This document shows, in pieces, positions 17,160 to 25,712 of a DNA stretch of 64,000 nucleotides. A program made the position numbers and the translations under genes. The DNA is taken from the NCBI GenBank assembly GCA_046350635.1, contig JAXLZY010000001.1, positions 11,897-75,896 on the forward strand, given 5' to 3'. The DNA is from Candidatus Saccharimonadales bacterium. GTDB lineage: Bacteria > Patescibacteriota > Saccharimonadia > Saccharimonadales > CAIOMD01. Below the pieces are notes generated by a model that was not told where the DNA came from, made no database searches, and saw nothing but the letters and a program-made list of their open reading frames with translations. Each line of letters starts with the position of its first letter. The first letter of the stretch is position 1.

Positions 17160-18406
17160 ACCGATTCTACCTCTGTTATTTTTTCGAGTAATTGGCGTAA
17201 TTCAAGCATAGCCGTATAGGTTGTATATATAAGTACTAAGTCGGACTGTTTGAGCACAAATGTGAGTGCATCTGATAAATCTGGTTCTATAGTGTCCGTC
17301 TTGATACCATCATACTTTAAACGCAGTGCCATATCCGCTGCGCGCACACCACTCGTTACAATGCGCCCATGCACACCACAATCGAATGAAACATCCCACA
17401 ACCATGAAACATCTCGGCCATCTGCGTAATCATCGTTAATTGCAATCATGGTCGCAGTAGGCCGTATTGACTCACCCATAAGTAACGCATGCCTAAATCC
17501 TCCGGGATTTTTTACCAACTGTAAAACGACAGTTTTTGTACCAATTTTGATATGCTCACCACGCCCAAATGCTGGTGAAACTTCTGAAATACGTGTTGTA
17601 ATTGTATCAACGGGTATTTTGAGTTGATTAGCCGCAAGGACGACAGCAGTCGCGTTCTGCGCATTATATGTACCGCGTGCAGTAAGGGGGATCGAGAGTA
17701 CTTCTCCGCCTAGATCAACTGTTGCTATATTATTGGAGTCAAACTTCTTAAGTTCGGCTTGTAAGGCTGGCCTTTTTTTGTGCTTAACTGCGTCCTGGTG
17801 TAGCTCGTCGTCAGTTCTAAAGATTTCTCGTAAATCAGAACTTACACCAAAGTAATAGGCGGTAGCTTTGGTGTGATTTTTCATCGTCGCGACACGTTCA
17901 TCATCACCATTAAGTATCACAAATTCAGTTGCACTTTTTACAACTCTTTCTAGAAGCTTTGCTGTGTGATCAATCTCACCAAACCTATCCATTTGGTCAC
18001 GCATAACGTTCAAAACGATAACAACCCGTGGTTTATATTGCGCAACAAACCGAACTGCGTATGCTTCATCTAGTTCAAACACTCCAATGTCATATTTGAG
18101 CTTTCCGGTCCACGAGCTGTGCTGAATAACACTCGCCACAATACCGCGCACAAAATTGCTCCCAGTGGGGTTAGTGAGAACCCTTTTTTGCCCTCTGAGT
18201 ACATGAGTTAACATCTTGGTGCTCGTCGTTTTACCATTTGTTCCAGTTACGACTACAACACCTTCTGGAAGTAAATTTAATGACTTAGCAAGAAAAGTTG
18301 GAAATAAACGTTCAACAACGAGCCCTGGTAAAGCCGCGCCACGGCGACCTAGTAGATGCAAGCCACTAAAAATCAATTTTCCGATAATAAGTGCGATGAT
18401 TCGCAT
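17156..18406 (-). CDS. murT: Lipid II isoglutaminyl synthase, Mur-ligase-like subunit MurT
   Basis: Mur ligase P-loop VVVTGTNGKTTSTKML. The C-terminal DUF1727-like region and the pairing with gatD support the call. Confidence 0.75.
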   Translation of the reverse strand: MRIIALIIGKLIFSGLHLLGRRGAALPGLVVERLFPTFLAKSLNLLPEGVVVVTGTNGKTTSTKMLTHVLRGQKRVLTNPTGSNFVRGIVASVIQHSSWTGKLKYDIGVFELDEAYAVRFVAQYKPRVVIVLNVMRDQMDRFGEIDHTAKLLERVVKSATEFVILNGDDERVATMKNHTKATAYYFGVSSDLREIFRTDDELHQDAVKHKKRPALQAELKKFDSNNIATVDLGGEVLSIPLTARGTYNAQNATAVVLAANQLKIPVDTITTRISEVSPAFGRGEHIKIGTKTVVLQLVKNPGGFRHALLMGESIRPTATMIAINDDYADGRDVSWLWDVSFDCGVHGRIVTSGVRAADMALRLKYDGIKTDTIEPDLSDALTFVLKQSDLVLIYTTYTAMLELRQLLEKITEVESV

Positions 18407-19281
18407 TACTTTAGTGTACCTATAAACTCTTTCTCAAACCAGGCATAAGCTGCTTCTGCAGAATCGAACCATTGTATGTCTTGGTTACGCTTAAACCATG
18501 CCATCTGGCGTTTTGCGAGCTGCATGTCGCTGGTAACGAATAAATCGACAGCTTGTTCGGTTGTTAACTTACCCCAGATAACATCACGATAAATACGATA
18601 CACCCCACCGGTCATAGCTTCGCTATCAAGCCCGTAGTGTTCGAGCCCCCATGCAACTTCGTCCAGTACGCCAGTATTGAGCATAGCGTGAGCTCGTTCA
18701 GTAATACGAACTCTCAGTAGTTCTTTGCCTGGGTTTATACCAATAATGATTGTTTCGGGACTTAGAGGCTTGTGGTTGATAGCTACATCACCTTTTTCGA
18801 GTGTCCTTACTAAATGTCGGCGGTTTTGAGTATTTTCGGGCATTTGTAACCTTGCTGCTTGTATGCGCTTTTGAAGCTCCACAATCCCAAGGCCCTCAAG
18901 CTCTTTTCGGACCGCATCATTCGGTGGGGCCAAACTAAAATCATAGACTACCGCATTAACATACAGCCCCGTGCCACCTACCAGTATTGGCGTATTACCT
19001 CGAATTTGTATGTCATGTATAGTGCTGTCGGCGTACGTCTTAAAGTCACCAACGCTAAATGATTCACCCGGCCCCACTAAATCGAAACCATAGTGTGGAA
19101 TACCCCGTTGCTCTACCGCCGTTGGTTTTGCAGTACCAATGTCAAGACCTTTGTATACCGTACGCGAGTCAGCTGCGATAATTTCGCCATGATATTTTTT
19201 AGCAATTTCAATAGCAAGTCCGGTTTTGCCTGATGCAGTTGGACCAACAATAACTAGTAAATCTAACTGTTTGGCCACCAC
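18406..19281 (-). CDS. miaA: tRNA dimethylallyltransferase
   Basis: VIVGPTASGKTGLAIEIAKK.., AADSRTVYKGLDIGTAKP. Confidence 0.85.
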   Translation of the reverse strand: MVAKQLDLLVIVGPTASGKTGLAIEIAKKYHGEIIAADSRTVYKGLDIGTAKPTAVEQRGIPHYGFDLVGPGESFSVGDFKTYADSTIHDIQIRGNTPILVGGTGLYVNAVVYDFSLAPPNDAVRKELEGLGIVELQKRIQAARLQMPENTQNRRHLVRTLEKGDVAINHKPLSPETIIIGINPGKELLRVRITERAHAMLNTGVLDEVAWGLEHYGLDSEAMTGGVYRIYRDVIWGKLTTEQAVDLFVTSDMQLAKRQMAWFKRNQDIQWFDSAEAAYAWFEKEFIGTLK

Positions 19282-19574
19282 AGATACTCCGTTACTAATA
19301 CATTATCGTTTACAACTTCAACGCCCTCAGCCTCAAGCATACGAGCTTGGCCATGGCGACCATCGGGTACAAAACCAGCTGCAAGACCGCCCCTGGCATT
19401 AACAACTCGCTGCCATGGCAAGTCGGTTGGCCCAAAATGGGCAATTTGGCCAACAACTCTGGCTGCCCCCGGATGGCCGCAGAGTGCGGCAATCTGACCA
19501 TACGTCATGACCTTGCCTGTTGGAATTAGTGCAACCAACCTATACACATCGTTTTTAAAACGGCTATCAGTCAT
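19263..19574 (-). CDS. Alkyltransferase-like protein (ATL; MGMT DNA-binding domain lacking the acceptor Cys)
   Basis: Single-domain, 103 aa. The motif LPWQRVV occupies the place of the PCHRV active site, with Trp where the Cys would be. Confidence 0.7.
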   Translation of the reverse strand: MTDSRFKNDVYRLVALIPTGKVMTYGQIAALCGHPGAARVVGQIAHFGPTDLPWQRVVNARGGLAAGFVPDGRHGQARMLEAEGVEVVNDNVLVTEYLWWPNS

Positions 19575-21424
19575 TACAGTGTTGTATGTGAGGTACGTGA
19601 TTTTGCTTCGTTAGCTACTGTCTTTAAGAAGTGGTCGATACCCATCGGTGTTGGCTCTTTAATAACCATATCACCCCGTACACGAGGTGTCGTTTTACCG
19701 GTTGATGCTTCTTGTTCACCAATTACTATCACGTACGGCACCTTCATCTTCTCGGCGTTGCGAATCTTTTTACCCACTGAATCGTTATTGTTATCTACCG
19801 TTACTCGAAGGCCCATATCAAACGCCTCTAAGCGCACCCTTTCAGCAAAATCAACGAGCTCATCGGTCTGGTTAACGGTAAGTAGGCGAATTTGCTCTGG
19901 TGCATTCCACACTGGGAACCTACCAGCCGTATGTTCTATATACACGCTCAAAAACCGCTCATGGGAGCCCATTACCGCACAGTGAAGCATGATAATCCGC
20001 TCAGACTCACCTTGTTCGTTCGTGCATGTTAAGTCAAATCCTTCTGGTTGATTAAAGTCTAACTGAATCGTAGCGACTTGGTGCTCACGGCCGATTGCAT
20101 CTTTTGCCATAAAGTCGATTTTTGGCCCGTAAAATGCAGCTTCACCAACACCGACAAAGTAATCACTGCCAACTTTTGCCTTAAGAATATTTTCAAGCTG
20201 AGATACGGTTGATTCCCACTTTTCGGGTGATCCGGCATATCCGGCCATATTGTCTGGATCGTGGGTAGATAAACGAAATTTTAGCTCAGTAAAACCTGTA
20301 CCACTATAAAAAGTCTGGATAATATCCCATAGTTTAAAGGCTTCGTCCTCAACCTGATTAGTGCGACAAAATACATGTGCATCATCTTGCGTGATGCCCC
20401 GTACGCGGCTTAAACCACCGAGCTCACCGCTCTGCTCATCACGATATACCATAGTCGTGTCACGGTAACGGATTGGTAGGTCACGATAACTTCGTGAGCG
20501 CGATGCATAAATTTGCGTATGATGCGGGCAGTTCATTGGTTTCATGGCAAACTCATGATCTTCACGAGTATTTATACGGAATAATTCGTCCTTGAATTTT
20601 GCCCAGTGTCCACTGGCTTCGTACAGGTCTTTTTTGGTAATGTGCGGAATGCTCACCTGCTGGAACCCTGCAGCATCACGAAGTTCTTGTACGAATCTAT
20701 CTAGCTCATTTTTTAGGACCGTGCCCCGCGGAGTCCATAGTGGCAAACCAGGTCCAACTAAGTCGCTAAAGACAAATAAGTCGAGTTCTTGGCCTAATTT
20801 GCGATGGTCACGCTGCTTAGCTTCTTCGAGCATTTTTAGATGTGCATCCAGCTCTTCTTGGGTAGTAAACGCAACACCATATAAGCGTTGCATCTGAGGG
20901 TTGCTTTCTTTGCCCCGCCAATAGGCACCAGCTACACGCATTAGCTTAAAGGCACCCACCTTACCCGTAGACGCTACGTGTGGACCACGACAAAGGTCTG
21001 TAAAGGCATCATTCGTGTAAAACGATACATATTCCACCTTACTATCACCTTCGGCTGCTATGCCCAGTTCTGACATGTCTAGTTCCTTAGCGATGGTGGT
21101 ACCCGCACGTTTAAGATCGTTTAATAACTCTTCTTTATATGGTTGCTTATGTTCGCGCGCCCAGTCTATGGCGTCATCTACTAATTCTTCACGCTTAACA
21201 AATTCGGCGTCACCTTTAATAATGCGACGCATTTCTTTTTCTATCTTCTTAAAATCAGCATCAGAAATTGCTGTATCGGGGATATCAATATCGTAGTAAA
21301 AACCGTTCTCTACCACTGGGCCAACGCCAAATTTAGCCTCGGGCCAGAGTGTTTGAACAGCGTCTGCCATAATGTGCGCTAAGCTATGGCGCATTGCGTA
21401 TTGTTCGTCAGGTTTGTTTGCCAT
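19574..21424 (-). CDS. thrS: Threonyl-tRNA synthetase
   Basis: Editing-domain HSLAHIMA, class II catalytic core (FRINTREDHEFAMKPMNCPHH, RVRGITQDDAHVF), and a C-terminal anticodon-binding domain. Confidence 0.9.
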   Translation of the reverse strand: MANKPDEQYAMRHSLAHIMADAVQTLWPEAKFGVGPVVENGFYYDIDIPDTAISDADFKKIEKEMRRIIKGDAEFVKREELVDDAIDWAREHKQPYKEELLNDLKRAGTTIAKELDMSELGIAAEGDSKVEYVSFYTNDAFTDLCRGPHVASTGKVGAFKLMRVAGAYWRGKESNPQMQRLYGVAFTTQEELDAHLKMLEEAKQRDHRKLGQELDLFVFSDLVGPGLPLWTPRGTVLKNELDRFVQELRDAAGFQQVSIPHITKKDLYEASGHWAKFKDELFRINTREDHEFAMKPMNCPHHTQIYASRSRSYRDLPIRYRDTTMVYRDEQSGELGGLSRVRGITQDDAHVFCRTNQVEDEAFKLWDIIQTFYSGTGFTELKFRLSTHDPDNMAGYAGSPEKWESTVSQLENILKAKVGSDYFVGVGEAAFYGPKIDFMAKDAIGREHQVATIQLDFNQPEGFDLTCTNEQGESERIIMLHCAVMGSHERFLSVYIEHTAGRFPVWNAPEQIRLLTVNQTDELVDFAERVRLEAFDMGLRVTVDNNNDSVGKKIRNAEKMKVPYVIVIGEQEASTGKTTPRVRGDMVIKEPTPMGIDHFLKTVANEAKSRTSHTTL

Positions 21425-21737
21425 AAGTTCTCCTTACACTTAATTGTACTAAAAACGCACGAGCGACAAGAGTAAAACTCTTATAACTCGTGCGTCTCGG
21501 GTCCCGAGGTGATCAGGACGGTTCCACCGGACTTCCCGTAGGTGTTTATCTAATCTCGCAGCTTGGTTTCCCAAATAGACAAACACTGTAGGGCACTTGT
21601 ATGGTCACGATTCGTTCGTTACCACGGCCGACGGAGCTGATACAGGTGGTTAGTCTGCGTTATCGCTCACTACCACCAGTGTAACACACCTGACAAAACT
21701 TCACCTGTACAAAGTAGTATACACATACTAGCCATAT
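21425..21737 (-). promoter_or_regulatory. T-box leader (Thr, ACU specifier) with terminator, upstream of thrS
   Basis: On the minus strand: Stem I ACAGGTG..CACCTGT, with ..GCAG-ACU-A.. just 5' of the closing helix. T-box core GUCCGGUGGAACCGUCC (plus-strand 21517-21535). Terminator ACGCACGAG..CTCGTGCGT+TTTTT (21450-21496). A -10 TATACT at 21744-21749. Confidence 0.6.
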
Positions 21738-21752
21738 ATTACTAGTATAATC

Positions 21753-21772
21753 TTATCCACACATGTGGATAA
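21753..21772. promoter_or_regulatory. Inverted pair of perfect DnaA-box nonamers (TTATCCACA-CA-TGTGGATAA)
   Basis: Read directly from the sequence. It lies between the divergent thrS and tRNA-Val promoters and overlaps the thrS -35 region. Confidence 0.4.
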
Positions 21773-21826
21773 GGCAGACTCTTGCCTTTTACCCCTGTTA
21801 TTGGTATAGTTATGAGGCCTAAATGC

Positions 21827-21903
21827 GGGCGATTAGCTCATTTGGCTAGAGCGCTTCCTTGACGTGGAAGAGGTGAGAGGTTCGAATCCTCTATCGCCCA
21901 CCA
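21827..21903 (+). tRNA. tRNA-Val (GAC)
   Basis: Hand fold: GGGCGAT/ATCGCCC acceptor, anticodon arm CTTCC-TTGACGT-GGAAG, T-arm AGAGG-TTCGAAT-CCTCT, encoded CCA. Confidence 0.9.
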
Positions 21904-21939
21904 ACTAAAAAACACCCTTCTTTGGGTGTTTTTTAGTTG
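21902..21939. terminator. Palindromic terminator abutting the tRNA-Val CCA end
   Basis: CAACTAAAAAACACCC-TTCTTT-GGGTGTTTTTTAGTTG, a perfect 16-bp stem. Confidence 0.7.
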
Positions 21940-22288
21940 ACGACTGGATTTATTCTTGGACAGTCTCGCCAGGTAGGACCGAAAGTGTACCGTCTGGCCC
22001 AACACTAATGACATAGTAGTCCTCTCCTTCAGGTAGTTCATCTAAAGGCCTGCTGGTCATCGGTGGGTGTACTTCGATATCATGACATCCAACATTCCCT
22101 ATGCCCCACGCGATATCTGCTTGTAATCTGCGCTGTAAACCTCAATACGATCCATAGGCTGATTATATAAAGATTTGGCCGTAAAAGCCATCAGAGGGCA
22201 CTTTACCGGCCTTAAAAGCTAAAAGATTGCCTAACGAGCTCATGCTTTGCTATAGTGCTTATGAAAGCTCGTGTGGAGTCTACGGGTA

Positions 22289-22318
22289 TTGACTTTTGAT
22301 GCCCTATTACTCTATAAT
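22289..22318 (+). promoter_or_regulatory. Promoter (TTGACT, 18-nt spacer, TATAAT)
   Basis: Hexamers at 22289-22294 and 22313-22318. Confidence 0.45.
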
Positions 22319-22343
22319 TAACAGGTTAAACGAGGCGTTTTGT

Positions 22344-22460
22344 TTGAGTAACAATTCACCGTTAGATGGCTTTAAGCTATTCTACGAAGAGTTGCATTCA
22401 TCAAAAGAGTTTGTAAACCGTATCCGTCGCTTACGACGTGCTGCGGCTCAGGCAAACTAA
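22344..22460 (+). CDS. Possible 38-aa small protein (TTG start)
   Basis: GAGG lies 8 nt upstream of the TTG. The frame reads LSNNSPLDGFKLFYEELHSSKEFVNRIRRLRRAAAQAN and is followed by the terminator AAGGACGTTTCC..GGAAACGTCCTT+T-run (22481-22513). It is below the track length cutoff. Confidence 0.3.
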   Translation: MSNNSPLDGFKLFYEELHSSKEFVNRIRRLRRAAAQAN

Positions 22461-22551
22461 ATCAGATAGAATCAGCGTAAAAGGACGTTTCCCACAGGAA
22501 ACGTCCTTTTTTCCACTATGAATTTTAACTGCGTTATGTCAATATATTGGC

Positions 22552-22998
22552 ATGGAATGCATATATTGTGGGCACAAAACAAAAGTAACAAATAGCCGAC
22601 CGCTTAAAAAAGACCACCAGACCTGGCGCCGACGCGAATGTTTATCGTGTCACGCTACTGTCACCTCTATTGAAGAGCTCGATTTATGTGGGTCTTTACG
22701 AGCAGAAAAGAAAAACGGCTCAATAGAACCGTTTGACCGAGATAAATTATATATAAGTATTTATAAAGCAATCGACCACCTACCAAACCCCGCTACAACA
22801 GCCGGTAGTTTGACCGCCACTGTTTTGCGACATCTATTACAGGTAAAGCCCCTTGATCCAGTTATCCCTACAAAAGAAATTGCAAGGCAAACTGCAACCG
22901 TATTACGACGTTTCGATGCGGCAAGTTCCGTACGCTACTTATCGTTCCAAACATCAATGCAATTACCCAACGACGTTAGGCGCACGCTCAAACGTTAA
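22552..22998 (+). CDS. nrdR: Transcriptional repressor NrdR
   Basis: Zinc ribbon CIYCGH..RRRECLSCH followed by an ATP-cone (IEPFDRDKLYISIYKA). Confidence 0.8.
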   Translation: MECIYCGHKTKVTNSRPLKKDHQTWRRRECLSCHATVTSIEELDLCGSLRAEKKNGSIEPFDRDKLYISIYKAIDHLPNPATTAGSLTATVLRHLLQVKPLDPVIPTKEIARQTATVLRRFDAASSVRYLSFQTSMQLPNDVRRTLKR

Positions 22999-23005
22999 CG
23001 ACTGA

Positions 23006-24616
23006 CTACTTTTTGACGGCTTTTTCGGTAACGTCAAACTTACCTAGGTAACGGCCGAATAATAATCGTGTCTGTGCCACTAGAGCTGCCAATCCACTGT
23101 ACACAATTGTTGTGACCGGCAAATATACCCATTGCAGAATCATATACACCCGGTGACGCATTTTGTAGCGTGGGGGCTTTGGTGGTAATAAGCGAATACT
23201 GAAATAAATGCTGACAAATAAACCAATCATAGCGAAGGTCTGGATACGACTGGCGATAATTGGTAATTGGTTGGCAATGAGACTCATACTTGCCTGTGGT
23301 GCCAGATACAGTGGCACAAACGCACCGAGTAACAGAATAAGTGAGGCTGTTGCCCATGAAACATGGCCTTCTATCAGACGAGTGGTTTTAAAGAACAAAT
23401 CCCACTTCGGTACTTTATTATCCTTGCGCCAACCTGTTTGTAAGACATACGCGATATCACTTGCACCCCACGCCCAACGTCGCACCTGGATAAACTGGGC
23501 TTTAAGGGTTTTAACATAACTGCTCGCAAGTACCGCATCTTGGTATATGGGCACTAGGATAGGTACTACCTCGTGCACTCCATCGTATCTAAAGTACGTG
23601 CGCCAGTACTGGTGCCCGTCTTCTACAATCGTACGCACACTCCAAAAATCGGTATCAATAAGTGTTTGCATGCTCTGTGAGTGCGAAGCAAAATTACGAA
23701 TCATATGTGGCCTTAGGGCTAGTACGATGTTCCAGAACGAGTTACCAGTCGCGATAACGCGCATTGGTGCTGGGACGTCCCAGATATTATTAGTGAACAT
23801 CGACACAGGCTGAAACGAGGTACGAACAGGGTCTGGACACGCAATATATGCATACATAACAGATGCGAAATACTGCGGATGTGGCCTATTATCCGCATCA
23901 AGGGTCGTGACAATAACATTTTTAAATGGCTCTTGTTTTTCTTCGAGCAACGTTTTGAGTCGACGGCCCGCGAATGTAATATTGCCACCCTTGCCAATAA
24001 CTTCGTTTGGTAAATCCTTAGGGTGTTTGACAGCTTCCATGTGGTAGAAATGATGGCCAAACTCCTTCGCAAGATCTTGCACTGTAGCCTCTACCTCGGC
24101 ACCACCTCGCTCTTCGTAAGCAATTAGAACAATCATTTTTTTGTGATTATAATCCGTTTTGAGAATACTTTTAATGGTTGGTTCGATAATATCGCGACTT
24201 TCGTTGTAAACGGCAATAATAACAGCCTGCAAGATATCTTTTTGGTACAAGCGGTCGTCTTCACGTTCTTGAATAGACAGCAAATTACGACGGTGCCACT
24301 TTGGTGATATCCCCTGCTCATACTGCTTAAACGCTTTGGCCGGATTATCAAGTTCATCTACCAGCTTAAGCCACTCGTATGACATATGTTGATTTAGCCG
24401 GCGATATCCCTGCATAACACGCAAACTCATAACAAGTGCCTTAAAGACCCAAATTAACAGATACGCGATAATAAAATACGCGGCAAGTGTAGGGCTAATA
24501 AGGCTTAAAATAATCGGTGAAAGCAGCATTAACCAGCTTAGAATACCTGGTAAGCGTTCGAACCAACGGTATACTCTATCCCGCTCTTCTACTAATGGGA
24601 TTTCTATATGCTTCAT
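23006..24616 (-). CDS. Membrane-embedded family 2 glycosyltransferase (processive, QxxRW type)
   Basis: AVYNESRDIIEPTIKSIL, TLDADN and QVRRWAWG motifs, flanked by N- and C-terminal TM helices. Confidence 0.7.
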   Translation of the reverse strand: MKHIEIPLVEERDRVYRWFERLPGILSWLMLLSPIILSLISPTLAAYFIIAYLLIWVFKALVMSLRVMQGYRRLNQHMSYEWLKLVDELDNPAKAFKQYEQGISPKWHRRNLLSIQEREDDRLYQKDILQAVIIAVYNESRDIIEPTIKSILKTDYNHKKMIVLIAYEERGGAEVEATVQDLAKEFGHHFYHMEAVKHPKDLPNEVIGKGGNITFAGRRLKTLLEEKQEPFKNVIVTTLDADNRPHPQYFASVMYAYIACPDPVRTSFQPVSMFTNNIWDVPAPMRVIATGNSFWNIVLALRPHMIRNFASHSQSMQTLIDTDFWSVRTIVEDGHQYWRTYFRYDGVHEVVPILVPIYQDAVLASSYVKTLKAQFIQVRRWAWGASDIAYVLQTGWRKDNKVPKWDLFFKTTRLIEGHVSWATASLILLLGAFVPLYLAPQASMSLIANQLPIIASRIQTFAMIGLFVSIYFSIRLLPPKPPRYKMRHRVYMILQWVYLPVTTIVYSGLAALVAQTRLLFGRYLGKFDVTEKAVKK

Positions 24617-24626
24617 CTATTTATAC

Positions 24627-24977
24627 CTATTGTAGGTTAAGAATCGCACCCGAAACAATTAAGTTAAACAGTAGTGCCACGATCGTAAGTGACAAGATAA
24701 GCAAACTCAACGTACGACGTTGGCCATACATGCGAGCACTTAAAAAGACGGCTACAGTTGCCATAACAACAGCCGCAACTGCAAAACTGTATAGTTCGTA
24801 GTTACTGCCCTTAGGGAAGCCGCCGAGACCTAATTCTGATTCATATCGAATAATTGCCACACTACGACTTGTGTCGATACGCAAGGTGGTAGTAATAACG
24901 TTAATAAGTGCACCAAGTACAACGACAAGGTTAAGGAATAATATAGGTCTGTCTTGAAAATATTTTTTAGTAAACAT
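24627..24977 (-). CDS. Small membrane protein
   Basis: Track ORF with three hydrophobic helices, immediately downstream of the glycosyltransferase gene. Confidence 0.45.
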   Translation of the reverse strand: MFTKKYFQDRPILFLNLVVVLGALINVITTTLRIDTSRSVAIIRYESELGLGGFPKGSNYELYSFAVAAVVMATVAVFLSARMYGQRRTLSLLILSLTIVALLFNLIVSGAILNLQ

Positions 24978-25000
24978 CGGGTTCTTTAATTATCTCACAT

Positions 25001-25075
25001 TGGTGCGGGTAGAGGGAGTCGAACCCTCGTTTCATCCTTGGGAAGGATACATAATAGCCGTTATACGATACCCGC
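25001..25075 (-). tRNA. tRNA-Gly (CCC)
   Basis: Hand fold: GCGGGTA/TACCCGC acceptor, anticodon loop TTCCCAA, T-arm GAGGG-TTCGACT-CCCTC, encoded CCA. Confidence 0.85.
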
Positions 25076-25087
25076 TTGTTTCCCATT

Positions 25088-25108
25088 TGGAGCAGAAGAT
25101 GGGACTCG
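25088..25108 (-). repeat. 21-nt copy (1 mismatch) of the tRNA-Thr 3' end
   Basis: tggagcAgaagatgggactcg compared with tggagcCgaagatgggactcg at 25242-25262. Confidence 0.85.
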
Positions 25109-25241
25109 GTCACCTCTGGCGACCCTGTAGTAACAGCTTTGAAAACATAGTTTTCAAGTGTCAACTACCTTGCAACCCGCCACTGGCGGGTTTCGCCCAC
25201 GACTTGGCAGATCATGGCTTCTCGCCCATCTTAATCTACCT

Positions 25242-25317
25242 TGGAGCCGAAGATGGGACTCGAACCCACGACCTGCTCGTTACGAATGAGCTGCTCTACC
25301 AACTGAGCTACTTCGGC
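25242..25317 (-). tRNA. tRNA-Thr (CGT)
   Basis: Hand fold: GCCGAAG/CTTCGGC acceptor, anticodon loop TTCGTAA, T-arm GTGGG-TTCGAGT-CCCAT, discriminator U, encoded CCA. Confidence 0.9.
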
Positions 25318-25382
25318 ATATCCCTAACGCGAGCTCGCTCTATAATAGCAAACTACCCCTGTTTTTGGTAGAGGTTTATCGT

Positions 25383-25411
25383 ATCTTGGCGGGCCCGACC
25401 GGATTCGAACC
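25383..25411 (-). repeat. 29-nt exact copy of the tRNA-Asp 3' end plus 4 nt of downstream flank
   Basis: atcttggcgggcccgaccggattcgaacc occurs at 25383-25411 and at 25578-25606. Confidence 0.9.
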
Positions 25412-25538
25412 CGAGAAGTGCCTGTGGCACTTTGAGTTCACGCACACTGATAACAATGATTATTTAAATTCCCTATTATGATTAGATTCCACTGATTGAT
25501 AGGCGTTAAGGTTCGAATCTTGCCGAGCTTGCTCGGTA

Positions 25539-25578
25539 TGCAACTAAAAAAACACCCCTTGGGGTGTTTTTAGTTGCA
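25539..25578. terminator. Palindromic terminator abutting the tRNA-Asp CCA end
   Basis: TGCAACTAAAAAAACACCCC-TT-GGGGTGTTTTTAGTTGCA. Same sequence family as the tRNA-Val terminator. Confidence 0.65.
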
Positions 25579-25581
25579 TCT

Positions 25582-25658
25582 TGGCGGGCCCGACCGGATT
25601 CGAACCGGCGATCTCCTCCGTGACAGGGAGGCATGTTAGGCCTCTACACCACGAGCCC
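25582..25658 (-). tRNA. tRNA-Asp (GTC)
   Basis: Hand fold: GGGCTCG/CGGGCCC acceptor, anticodon arm CCTCC-CTGTCAC-GGAGG, T-arm GCCGG-TTCGAAT-CCGGT, encoded CCA. Confidence 0.9.
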
Positions 25659-25712
25659 GTATCATAGAAGCAACCGCTATCTTATCAGAGAAGAGGTAGT
25701 TTTGCAACGCTC

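Noticed and set aside
21940-22260. Short broken minus-strand reading frames (MDRIEVYSADYKQISRGA-stop; MTSRPLDELPEGEDYYVISVGPDGTLSVLPGETVQE) that might be a decayed gene or a toxin-antitoxin remnant.
   Set aside because: The fragments are under 40 aa, lie in different frames, have no ribosome-binding sites and show no recognisable family. The evidence is insufficient for a pseudogene call.
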